Of a stretch of 64,000 bases of DNA, positions 55,382 through 63,414 are shown one piece after another. This DNA is from Christensenellaceae bacterium (lineage in GTDB: Bacteria > Bacillota > Clostridia > Christensenellales > Borkfalkiaceae), in NCBI GenBank assembly GCA_045639245.1, contig JAZUCS010000011.1, positions 4,380 through 68,379 of the forward strand, written 5' to 3'. The notes below the pieces were generated by a model. That model had not been told where the DNA came from and made no database searches. It worked only from the letters and a program-made list of their open reading frames with translations. Made by a program: the position numbers and the translations under genes. The stretch's first letter is position 1. Each line of letters begins with the position of its first letter.

Positions 55382-55769
55382 AAACAGAATAGGAGAAGTC
55401 GTTAGCAACTCAATAGAAAAGTTGAGTAATATAATAGACGTAAACACTGTGATAGGTACACCTGTAGACGTTGAGGGTGGTCTAGTTATTCCTATTGCTA
55501 AGGTAACATTTTGCGTTATTGCAGGTGGTGGCGAATACGGAAAAGTTAGTATTTTTAAGGGAAGCGAAGAAATGCCTTTTTCGGCCGGAAACGGTTCAGT
55601 CGTGTCGATAAAACCCTGTGGTTTTTTAATTAAAAACAGGGACGAGGATTACAAAGTTTTATCCGTTTCAAACAATAATTTAGATGGTTTATTTGATAAA
55701 ACTACTGATTTTATTAAGGACATGACAAAACCATCTTGTGATACGTTCGAGGAGCAAAATGACCAATAA
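55365..55769 (+). CDS. ytfJ: GerW/YtfJ-family sporulation protein
   Basis: 134 aa. VIGTPVDVEGGLVIPIAKVTFCVIAGGGEYG is the family signature. Confidence 0.8.
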   Translation: MIKFRKNRIGEVVSNSIEKLSNIIDVNTVIGTPVDVEGGLVIPIAKVTFCVIAGGGEYGKVSIFKGSEEMPFSAGNGSVVSIKPCGFLIKNRDEDYKVLSVSNNNLDGLFDKTTDFIKDMTKPSCDTFEEQNDQ

Positions 55770-56826
55770 AAAAAAGCTATTGCTAGTCTCTTTTATTACT
55801 GTTTCACTAATGTTTTCAGTATTGTTGTCGCTAAACAATAACATCGTAAAGGCGTCAGATTTTTCATCAAGTAGTGCTGAAATTGTTATGGAAACCAATT
55901 CAAAAAGGGTTTTGTATTCAAAAAATGCAAATGAGAAAAAGTATATGGCAAGCACGACTAAAATTTTAACGGCAATCGTTGTTATTGAAAATTGCGAAGT
56001 GTCAAATATTGTTACTGTTGGCAGGGATACGATTGGAATTGAGGGGTCGAGCATTTATCTTCAAGAAGGAGAAGAATTGTCTGTTAAAGACCTATTATAT
56101 GGGCTTATGCTGAGGTCTGGAAACGATTGTGCAGAAACCCTAGCAAATTTTGTTGCTGGTTCCAATGAAAAATTTGCGCTTTTAATGAATGAAACGGCAA
56201 AAAGAATTGGTGCTGTTAATTCAAACTTTGTCAACCCTCATGGGCTTCACGATGACAATCATTATACTACGGCTTATGATTTGGCGTTAATTTCATCCTA
56301 TGCGATAAAGAACCCAATTTTTAAGGAAATCGTTTCAACTAAAAAAACGGTTATTCCACACACGAAGGCAGACTACGATAGATTGCTAGTAAACAAAAAT
56401 AAAATGCTTACTAGATTTGAAGGTGCTACAGGCATTAAAACGGGTTACACTAAAAAAGCAGGAAGATGTTTAGTTACCAGTACTGAAAGAAACGGCATGG
56501 AGCTAGTGTGCGTTGTGTTAAATTGCCCTCCAATGTTTGAACGTTCAAGTGAGCTTTTGGGCAGTTGTTATAGCGATTATAAATGTTATAAATTAGTTGA
56601 AAGTGATAATATTATTGCTTTTATAGAAAGTGAAAAAGGTGAAATAGCACTAGGGATAAAAAATGATATTGTTATACCTTTAACTGAAGAAGAGGTTGAA
56701 AATATTGAAGTTGTTTACGATTATCCTAACGAGGTTTTCGATTTTTCTGCTTTTGAGATAGGAAAAATTGAAATTTATGTAAAAAATAACTTGATTTTTA
56801 CCGAAAAAATATATACTATATTATAG
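55759..56826 (+). CDS. D-alanyl-D-alanine carboxypeptidase (S11, DacB-like)
   Basis: The ATG at 55759 follows GAGGAG. Signal peptide, ASTTKILTA (SxxK), RSGND (SxN) and KTGYT. Confidence 0.85.
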   Translation: MTNKKKLLLVSFITVSLMFSVLLSLNNNIVKASDFSSSSAEIVMETNSKRVLYSKNANEKKYMASTTKILTAIVVIENCEVSNIVTVGRDTIGIEGSSIYLQEGEELSVKDLLYGLMLRSGNDCAETLANFVAGSNEKFALLMNETAKRIGAVNSNFVNPHGLHDDNHYTTAYDLALISSYAIKNPIFKEIVSTKKTVIPHTKADYDRLLVNKNKMLTRFEGATGIKTGYTKKAGRCLVTSTERNGMELVCVVLNCPPMFERSSELLGSCYSDYKCYKLVESDNIIAFIESEKGEIALGIKNDIVIPLTEEEVENIEVVYDYPNEVFDFSAFEIGKIEIYVKNNLIFTEKIYTIL

Positions 56827-56850
56827 TAAATATTTTTAGGAAGAAATCAA

Positions 56851-57555
56851 ATGAGAATTAATAAGTTTATTGCAGAAAGTGGAGTTGCTTCAAGGCGTGC
56901 TGCTGACAAATTGATAATGGAAGGAAGCGTTAAAATTAACGGCAAGGTTGCTAAACTTGGTGACGAAGTCAACGTTGGAAGCGACCACGTTACCGTTGAT
57001 GGTAGACCTATAAACGTCGTTAAAACGTATGAGTATTACGTGATGAATAAGCCTAAAGGCTACATTTGTTCAGTTAGCGATGAGAAGGGAAGAAAAACTG
57101 TGCTTGATTTAATGCCTCCGACAAGTAAGCGCGTGTTTCCCGTTGGTAGATTAGATTACGACAGTGAAGGCTTGCTTATTTTAACTAACGATGGAGAACT
57201 TGCCCTAAAGCTTACGCACCCTAGAAACGAAGTGCCAAAAACTTATCTCGTTAAAACGGAAAAGCCTGTTTCTATTGAAGATTTGAACAAGCTTCGTTCA
57301 GGGGTTTATATTGATGGGGTAAAAACAAAAAAGTGTAATATTCACCTTTTAGAGACGAAAAAAGAAGGTTCAAGGCTTCAAATAACCATTACTGAGGGTA
57401 GAAATAGGCAGGTAAGAAAAATGTTTGAAGCAATTGGAAATAACGTTGATTTTCTAAAAAGAATAAAAATTGGAGATTTTAAGCTGACTGGTCTTAACCG
57501 TGGCGAAGTTAGAAAACTTTATCCAGACGAGGTAAATTATTTGTTGAATTTATAA
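56851..57555 (+). CDS. rluB: Pseudouridine synthase, RsuA/RluB family
   Basis: 234 aa. N-terminal S4 domain (RINKFIAESGVASRRAADKLI) and catalytic GRLDYDSEGLLILTNDG. Confidence 0.88.
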   Translation: MRINKFIAESGVASRRAADKLIMEGSVKINGKVAKLGDEVNVGSDHVTVDGRPINVVKTYEYYVMNKPKGYICSVSDEKGRKTVLDLMPPTSKRVFPVGRLDYDSEGLLILTNDGELALKLTHPRNEVPKTYLVKTEKPVSIEDLNKLRSGVYIDGVKTKKCNIHLLETKKEGSRLQITITEGRNRQVRKMFEAIGNNVDFLKRIKIGDFKLTGLNRGEVRKLYPDEVNYLLNL

Positions 57556-57563
57556 CGAATAAT

Positions 57564-57604
57564 AAAAAAGCCTTTGAAACAAAAATTAGTTTCAAAGGCT
57601 TTTG
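57564..57604. terminator. Bidirectional terminator between convergent rluB and the PadR-type gene
   Basis: AAGCCTTTGAAAC (57568-57580) pairs with GTTTCAAAGGCTT (57589-57601). A-run on the left, T-run on the right. Confidence 0.75.
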
Positions 57605-57615
57605 TCGTTTATTGT

Positions 57616-58953
57616 TTACTGTTTTGCAGGTTTGAATTTACCAGTCTTGTATAAAAGCAATTCGATAACAAAATAAAGTATAATATTTATTGAGGCGACA
57701 ATCGGTACGACTAGGTAAGATAAAAGGTTGAATTTTACCGATAAATCAACGCTTATCACAAAATTAAGTGCAAATATTAAAAGTAAAAGGTTAAACACAG
57801 CAATGCATGCATTTAATATTCCGTCAAACGTGATAGTCTTAAATACCGATTTGTTTTTGTCTTTTAAGTAAATTATTGCAAGTGTAAAAAAGGAAATTAC
57901 TGTAAGCGATAATGCTACGATTGTAGGAATTGAAGAGGTGATTGTAATGTTAGCTGCAAATTGCAATAAGAGTATTTCAATAAGTGGAATAGCTAAAAAG
58001 CATAAAATACTAAAGAACCTAAGCTTGTTTAGATATAGGTTTCCAATACTTTTAACGGAAGATTTAGAAGAAACTCTAATTCTATAGCCTTCTACAGCGT
58101 ATTTTCCAACTAAGTCAGAAAAATCGGCCTTTCCAACGTATACAGCCTTTTGTGAATATGAAGTAGTTTTTATCGTTTCGTTAAATTTTGCAACTTTTGG
58201 TGTCTCAACTGGTTTTTGCTCAATTTTTTTATCTACAACTTCACTAGGTGTAGCTTTTCCTAAATCGGTAATCTCAATTTTTTGTTTTTCTTCCTTGACG
58301 GGCAGAACGGGTTTTTCTGCATTTTTAATTAGTCCGTTTAGTATGTTTCTAAAATTAATTTCCTTTTTGTCCTCAGCTTTTTCATCGGAGTCTAGCTGGG
58401 GAGAGGTCGTTTCCATTTTAGCTGTTTGTTCAGCTTTAATATCAGTTTCAGACTCTGATACTACTGAAGGTTTAATATCTTCTATAATTTGAAGAGTGGG
58501 AGCTTGAGATGGCTGATTAATTATCGGTGTTTCTAAAACTGTTTTATCAGTATTGATTTCGCTAGTGCTTTCTTGAGGTTTTTCGTCATTATTATGTGTG
58601 ATATAAACGTGTGGAGTATATTCACAACCCATAAGTTTATCAATGATTACACGAGAATACGACCAGTTAGACAAATTATCTTTAACGAATTCATTGCCAA
58701 GCTCAGTAATTTTGAAAAACTTTCTACGGCCATCGTCACAATCAAAGCGATAAGAGGTTACGTACTTAAGATTTTCCAACCTTTTTAACGAACTGTACAG
58801 TGTAGCCTGATTAATTTGGTACTTTTTTTCGCTTTTTTCTTCAATAAAATCGCTAATTTGCTGAGCAAACTTATCAGAACCGGTTAAACTATATAGAATG
58901 ATTGTATCAATATGACCACGTATAAGGTCACTGCTGATTTTGTTTTCTTCCAA
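57616..58953 (-). CDS. PadR-family winged-helix regulator fused to a long low-complexity linker and a C-terminal multi-pass membrane domain
   Basis: 445 aa, TTG start 7 nt after GGAGA. The N-terminal LIRGHIDTIILYSL ... ATLYSSLKRLENLKYV ... RRKFFKITELG is PadR-like. Residues ~130-260 are rich in E/K/P/T/Q. The last ~130 aa form about four hydrophobic helices. Confidence 0.7.
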   Translation of the reverse strand: MEENKISSDLIRGHIDTIILYSLTGSDKFAQQISDFIEEKSEKKYQINQATLYSSLKRLENLKYVTSYRFDCDDGRRKFFKITELGNEFVKDNLSNWSYSRVIIDKLMGCEYTPHVYITHNNDEKPQESTSEINTDKTVLETPIINQPSQAPTLQIIEDIKPSVVSESETDIKAEQTAKMETTSPQLDSDEKAEDKKEINFRNILNGLIKNAEKPVLPVKEEKQKIEITDLGKATPSEVVDKKIEQKPVETPKVAKFNETIKTTSYSQKAVYVGKADFSDLVGKYAVEGYRIRVSSKSSVKSIGNLYLNKLRFFSILCFLAIPLIEILLLQFAANITITSSIPTIVALSLTVISFFTLAIIYLKDKNKSVFKTITFDGILNACIAVFNLLLLIFALNFVISVDLSVKFNLLSYLVVPIVASINIILYFVIELLLYKTGKFKPAKQ

Positions 58954-58985
58954 TTTTATATCTCCATATAAGTTTATTATTATAA

Positions 58986-59014
58986 ATTATACAACTCTTT
59001 TTAAACCTTGTCAA
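58986..59014 (-). promoter_or_regulatory. Consensus sigma-A promoter (TTGACA-17-TATAAT) for the PadR-type gene
   Basis: Minus strand: TTGACA at 59014-59009, a 17-nt spacer, TATAAT at 58991-58986. Lies about 30 nt upstream of the RBS and TTG start. Confidence 0.6.
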
Positions 59015-59063
59015 GATTAATAAAAAAGATTATTCAGTTTGATATAATTTTATAATAAATCGC

Positions 59064-59092
59064 TTGACAATATCTAATTATTCTTTTATAAT
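59064..59092 (+). promoter_or_regulatory. Consensus sigma-A promoter (TTGACA-17-TATAAT) pointing toward the xer-like gene
   Basis: TTGACA at 59064-59069, an exact 17-nt spacer, TATAAT at 59087-59092. Divergent from the PadR promoter 50 bp away. Confidence 0.55.
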
Positions 59093-59105
59093 TAAAAATA
59101 TGCTT

Positions 59106-59139
59106 AACTATGCGTAAAAGCCGTGTTTTGCGCATAGTT
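59106..59139 (+). other. 14-bp-stem hairpin or palindrome at the 5' end of the predicted xer leader
   Basis: AACTATGCGTAAAA (59106-59119) pairs with TTTTGCGCATAGTT (59126-59139) with one G-U pair and the loop GCCGTG. No U-run follows on either strand. Confidence 0.5.
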
Positions 59140-59264
59140 GAGTATCTGTACCCTATGAAACAAAAATTTAAAAATATAAAAAATTTAGTAAAATTTGCGC
59201 CCCTCTTTTATAAAAAAGCAATTTCTATCTTTACAAAAGGAGAATATTTTATTATAATACTGTT

Positions 59265-60326
59265 ATGAAGAAAAGCTATTATGAAGAAAGAGATTTGTCT
59301 TGTATAAAGAGAACTGAAGAAATTATCGACGCTCTCCCTTATTACGTTCAAGATTTTTTCGTTGGTGTTGAACCAAGGACTTCTTCTCTTACAAGACTTA
59401 ATTATGCTTATGATTTGAGGGTTTTCTATAACTTTTTATCTCAAAAAGTATTTAAAAATAAGGATTTTTGTGATATAGAGCTTGCAGATTTAGCTAAACT
59501 TGATGCAACGGATTTCGAATACTTCTTAAGTTACCTTAGTAGATATGAAATAAACGGAAAATTTGAGCGTTGTACGGAAACGGGTAAAGCTAGAAAACTC
59601 TCTACCCTGCGCGCTTTTTATAAGTATTTTTTTAACAAAAATATGCTTCCTGCCAATACCCCATCAAAGGTTTCTATGCCTAAAATTCACGAAAAAGAAA
59701 TAGTTAGGCTGGAATCCAACGAAAAAGTTGATGAAATTGGCGATATGCTCTATGTTGTTAAAAACGGTGCTGGGCTTACTAAGAAACAAAAAGCATTTCA
59801 CGCATCTACTTCTGTTAGAGATACTGCTATCGTTACCCTATTTTTGGGTACTGGTATTCGTATAAGCGAGCTTGTTGGTTTGAATATTGAAGATTTTGAT
59901 TTTAAAACTAATAGCTTTGTCGTAACGAGAAAAGGTGGAAATCGTGCTGTTTTATATTATAATGACGAGGTTTTAGCTTGTTTAACCGAGTATTATAATC
60001 ATAGAACCTCAGATAAAAAGGTCCCCTCAGGTGAAAATGCATTCTTTTTATCCCTTCAAAATAAGAGAATTAGCACGAGAACAGTGCAAGAATTAGTAAA
60101 AAAATATGCGCAAATTATATCCCCATTAAAGAAGATTACCCCACATAAGTTAAGAAGTACTTTTGGTACGAATTTGTATAGGCAAACTGGAGATATTTAC
60201 GTTGTTGCTGATTGTTTAGGGCATAAAGACGTTAACACTACAAAGCGTCATTACGCCGCTATAACCGAGGATATTAGAAAGAAAGCTGGTCTTTCACTTA
60301 ACATCTCCCCTAACGATGAAAAATAG
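59265..60326 (+). CDS. Tyrosine site-specific recombinase (XerC/XerD-like integrase family)
   Basis: 353 aa. Core-binding N-domain, then the catalytic region: ARKLSTLRAF, TGIRISELVGL (Arg), HKLRSTFGT (H-x-x-R), LGHKDVNTTKRHYA (His and the Tyr nucleophile). Confidence 0.85.
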   Translation: MKKSYYEERDLSCIKRTEEIIDALPYYVQDFFVGVEPRTSSLTRLNYAYDLRVFYNFLSQKVFKNKDFCDIELADLAKLDATDFEYFLSYLSRYEINGKFERCTETGKARKLSTLRAFYKYFFNKNMLPANTPSKVSMPKIHEKEIVRLESNEKVDEIGDMLYVVKNGAGLTKKQKAFHASTSVRDTAIVTLFLGTGIRISELVGLNIEDFDFKTNSFVVTRKGGNRAVLYYNDEVLACLTEYYNHRTSDKKVPSGENAFFLSLQNKRISTRTVQELVKKYAQIISPLKKITPHKLRSTFGTNLYRQTGDIYVVADCLGHKDVNTTKRHYAAITEDIRKKAGLSLNISPNDEK

Positions 60327-60345
60327 AGATTTTCTTTTACAAGAT

Positions 60346-60373
60346 AAAAAGTGCTCAAAAACGGGCACTTTTT
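60346..60373. terminator. Bidirectional terminator between xer and the small minus-strand ORF
   Basis: AAAAAGTGC (60346-60354) pairs with GCACTTTTT (60365-60373). Confidence 0.55.
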
Positions 60374-60382
60374 TATATGTTT

Positions 60383-60520
60383 TTATTCAATAATTTTTGT
60401 AATTTTAATAATCTCGTAATTTTTGTCTGGTTCAATACATTTGCCACAGCTGTCACATATTTTTCTTGGGTCTAAATCACAAGTGTCGTCATCTAAAATT
60501 ATATCTTTTTCTTTATCCAT
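60383..60520 (-). CDS. Small acidic Cys-rich protein (45 aa), divergent from lexA
   Basis: The ATG at 60520 lies 5 nt after AAGGAGAT; the listed 87-aa form has no RBS. Sequence MDKEKDIILDDDTCDLDPRKICDSCGKCIEPDKNYEIIKITKIIE, with Cys spacing C-x8-C-x2-C-x2-C. Confidence 0.4.
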   Translation of the reverse strand: MDKEKDIILDDDTCDLDPRKICDSCGKCIEPDKNYEIIKITKIIE

Positions 60521-60604
60521 AGTATCTCCTTTTTTATATTTTATCATTTCCAAATAAAAAAGTAAACATTTTATCAAATATTTAATAAAAGTATCTGTAA
60601 TATT

Positions 60605-60633
60605 TTGACATTTATCCTTTTTGTTATTAAAAT
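60605..60633 (+). promoter_or_regulatory. Candidate sigma-A promoter (TTGACA-17-TAAAAT) ending 6 nt before the lexA ATG
   Basis: TTGACA at 60605-60610, a 17-nt spacer, TAAAAT at 60628-60633. The ATG is at 60640 and no Shine-Dalgarno lies between. Confidence 0.45.
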
Positions 60634-60639
60634 AAAAAT

Positions 60640-61260
60640 ATGCCAAGATTAACTACTTCAGAGCAAGTTTTAGAAAAAATGGAAAGAGTGTATGATTTTA
60701 TACACGATTACATAAAAAAGCACGACTACTCGCCAACTATAAGGGAGATTTGCGCTGAATGCAATATTCCTTCTACTGGTAGTGCCTTTTATTACGTTCA
60801 TAAACTGATAGAACAAGGTAGGCTTGAACAATCAACTCTCTTTACCCGTGTTTTTACTCCAAAATATTATAGTCGCACTTTTATTAAAGCGCCTATTATT
60901 AATAAAATAAAGGCAGAAAATACTTCTATTTTTGACGAAGTTAATATTGAAGGTGTTTGCCCTCTCCCTTCGGAATTTTATGGTGAAAAGGGTTGTTTTT
61001 CCTTTAAAATTAAAGATGATTATATGGCTAACTGTTCTCTAAAAAAAGGAGACGTTGCTATATGTAAAAAATTTTCCAACTTTTCTAATGGTGAACTCGC
61101 GGTGGTTGTGCTAAATGGTGAAGTGTTTGCAAGAAAGGTGTATAATATAGATTGTAGACTTCTTGCCAGAACCGACTATGATGGAGAGGTTATTGAAATG
61201 TATATTGGTTCAGACAGCGATATTATAGGTAAAGTTATTGGAATAATTAGAAAATTTTAA
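60640..61260 (+). CDS. lexA: LexA-like repressor (wHTH plus S24-like domain) with substituted cleavage-site and catalytic residues
   Basis: 206 aa. The N-terminal YSPTIREICAECNIPSTGSAFYYVHKLIEQGRL matches the LexA wHTH. The C-terminal domain aligns with LexA (PLP, GD, NGE.AVV, GKVIG..R), but reads KAE for the AG site and KDDYM for GDSM. Confidence 0.8.
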   Translation: MPRLTTSEQVLEKMERVYDFIHDYIKKHDYSPTIREICAECNIPSTGSAFYYVHKLIEQGRLEQSTLFTRVFTPKYYSRTFIKAPIINKIKAENTSIFDEVNIEGVCPLPSEFYGEKGCFSFKIKDDYMANCSLKKGDVAICKKFSNFSNGELAVVVLNGEVFARKVYNIDCRLLARTDYDGEVIEMYIGSDSDIIGKVIGIIRKF

Positions 61261-61261
61261 T

Positions 61262-61298
61262 AAAAAAGCTTTTTATCAATATGATAGAAAGCTTTTTT
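61262..61298. terminator. Bidirectional terminator between convergent lexA and the ynbB-like gene
   Basis: AAAAGCTTTTTATCA pairs with TGATAGAAAGCTTTT (one mismatch), flanked by A and T runs. Confidence 0.7.
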
Positions 61299-61303
61299 AT
61301 CAC

Positions 61304-62515
61304 TTACAAATCTAAATTTTTTAAGGCGATTTTGCAATGCTCGTAGGTTATTCCACCTTGGAAGTACGCAATGTAAGGTTCTCTAATTGGGGCGTCTGCA
61401 GAGAGCTCGATTGACGAGCCTTGAACAAAACAACCTGCAGCCATAATAACTTCATCGGTGTATCCAGGCATTTCCCACGGCATAACGGAAACGTTACTGT
61501 CCACCGGTGAATTTTTCTGAATGTTTTGTATAAACTTAATGAGCTTTTCCTTGTCTCCAAATTCTATTTCAGTAACGATATCGGTGGGAATCTGATATGC
61601 TTTAGGAGAAGTTTTATATCCCAATTCTGATAAGACCAAGCAATAAAGCATTGCTCCTTTCATAGCTTGCAAAACAACGTGAGGTGCGAGGAATAGACCT
61701 TGATAAAAATATTGATAACCGTTTGTGTATGAACCAACCTCGCTTCCGATAGACGGTGCAGTTAGTCTATTGAACACTAGGTCAACGTACTTCTTGTCCC
61801 CTGCAACGTATCCTCCGGTTGGCGCAATGCCACCTCCTGGATTTTTGATTAGTGAACCAGCCATTAGGTTTACACCTACGTCAGTTGGTTCTTTTTTTTC
61901 TATAAATTCGCCGTAGCAATTATCTAGCATTATAATTCCGTCAAAACCATTACTTCTAAGGAAGATAACGGCATTTTCAATATCGTCAATAGAAAGGGCG
62001 TTTCTCCAAGAATATCCCCTAGACCTTTGCAAGTAAATCATCTTGGGCATAACATTATTTCCTAGGTGCTCTTTTAATGATTCATAGTCAATTTTATCAT
62101 CTTTTAACGGTATAGAATCAAAAGAAATATTATAATCTTCTAAAGAGCCTGTGCCTTTTCCGTACAAAACGTCAGTGAGAGTGTCATAGGGCGTTCCCGT
62201 TATACTTAGGACTCTGTCTGAAGGTCTTAAAACGCCGTACAAAGCAAGGGAAATTGCGTGTGTGCCCGAGACAATGTTGGGCGAACAAATGGCTGCCTCA
62301 GAGCCAAAAACGTCAGCAAAAACTTGGTTTAAGGTTTCCCTTCCCTCGTCGCCGTATCCGTAACCTGTTGTTCCAACAAAATGTCTAAGCGCAATCTTGT
62401 TTTTCTTAAAGGCGTTTAATACCTTTTCTTGATTGAATAATGCAATATCTTCAAGGATTGAAAATTTATCTTGAAGTTTTCTTTCTGCTTGATTAATAAC
62501 GTTAACGTCTATCAT
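61304..62515 (-). CDS. PLP-dependent methionine gamma-lyase-family protein (YnbB / aluminium-resistance-protein type)
   Basis: 403 aa. The N-terminal FNQEKVLNAFKKNKIALRHFVGTTGYGYGDEGRETL is characteristic of this family, which commonly follows miaA in Firmicutes. Confidence 0.8.
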   Translation of the reverse strand: MIDVNVINQAERKLQDKFSILEDIALFNQEKVLNAFKKNKIALRHFVGTTGYGYGDEGRETLNQVFADVFGSEAAICSPNIVSGTHAISLALYGVLRPSDRVLSITGTPYDTLTDVLYGKGTGSLEDYNISFDSIPLKDDKIDYESLKEHLGNNVMPKMIYLQRSRGYSWRNALSIDDIENAVIFLRSNGFDGIIMLDNCYGEFIEKKEPTDVGVNLMAGSLIKNPGGGIAPTGGYVAGDKKYVDLVFNRLTAPSIGSEVGSYTNGYQYFYQGLFLAPHVVLQAMKGAMLYCLVLSELGYKTSPKAYQIPTDIVTEIEFGDKEKLIKFIQNIQKNSPVDSNVSVMPWEMPGYTDEVIMAAGCFVQGSSIELSADAPIREPYIAYFQGGITYEHCKIALKNLDL

Positions 62516-63411
62516 AATTTCTCCACAATTTGTTCTGCTAAATCTTTAACGGATGAGGGGTTTAGCCACACTAGTCCGTCTAAACGTTTAAAGAAAGTAA
62601 TTTGTCTTTTTGCGTAATGTCTCGTGTTTAATTTTATCAACTCTTTTGCTTCATCTAGGTTAAGCTCGCCATTAAAATAAGCGTAAACTTCCTTGTAGCC
62701 TATTCCCTGCAAACACTGGTTTTCAAGAGAAATCCCCCTATTAATAAGCGACTCTACTTCTTGGATAATGCCTGAATCAAACATTATATCAACTCTTTTG
62801 TTAATTCTACTGTAAAGCTCTTCTCTCGGGTAGTTGATTGCGTATGCGTGATAATCATATTTTGACGTTAAATTATCCACTATATCCGACTTTTTGTTGC
62901 CCGATTCGTATATTTCAAGTGCTCTAATAACCCTTTTAACGTCATTATAATGAAGCTTTTCTGCGCTCTTTTTGTCTACTTCAAACAAAATATCGTAAAC
63001 GTATTTATTGCCGTGAATTTTTGCAAGCTCTTTATATTTTTCTCTTACATCTAAGTTTCCCTCGCCTTTACCGTATGACAAATCATATAAAAGCGAATTA
63101 ATATAAAAGCCCGTCCCTCCACAGACAACTGGCACCTTGTTTTCAGAATGAAGTCTCTTAATAATGGGCTCAGCCATTTCTTTATATTGACTAACGGTGA
63201 AAGTGTCGGTGGGGTTAACAACGTCAATCATATGGTGGATAACGCCATCCATTTCGCTTTTGCTCGGCTTTGCAGTGCCAATATCAAGGTCCTTATATAT
63301 ATAAAGCGAATCAGCTGATATAACCTCGGAATTTAAGAGCTTTGCGCATTCTATTGCAAGGGCAGTTTTGCCTGAAGCAGTAGGGCCACAAATTATAAGT
63401 AATTTATCCAT
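62512..63411 (-). CDS. miaA: tRNA dimethylallyltransferase
   Basis: 299 aa. P-loop ICGPTASGKT, DSLYIYKDLDIGTAKP and VPVVCGGTGFY. Confidence 0.92.
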   Translation of the reverse strand: MDKLLIICGPTASGKTALAIECAKLLNSEVISADSLYIYKDLDIGTAKPSKSEMDGVIHHMIDVVNPTDTFTVSQYKEMAEPIIKRLHSENKVPVVCGGTGFYINSLLYDLSYGKGEGNLDVREKYKELAKIHGNKYVYDILFEVDKKSAEKLHYNDVKRVIRALEIYESGNKKSDIVDNLTSKYDYHAYAINYPREELYSRINKRVDIMFDSGIIQEVESLINRGISLENQCLQGIGYKEVYAYFNGELNLDEAKELIKLNTRHYAKRQITFFKRLDGLVWLNPSSVKDLAEQIVEKL

Positions 63412-63414
63412 TAA

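Noticed and set aside
59265-61260. Integrase plus repressor-like pair (xer-like recombinase, small ORF, LexA/cI-like protein) as a prophage or integrative-element remnant
   Set aside because: No phage or conjugation genes, direct repeats or att-like duplications flank it. The neighbours (ynbB-like, miaA, mutL) and the xer-lexA adjacency fit my recollection of conserved Clostridial core synteny. It is kept as a formal alternative in the LexA finding.
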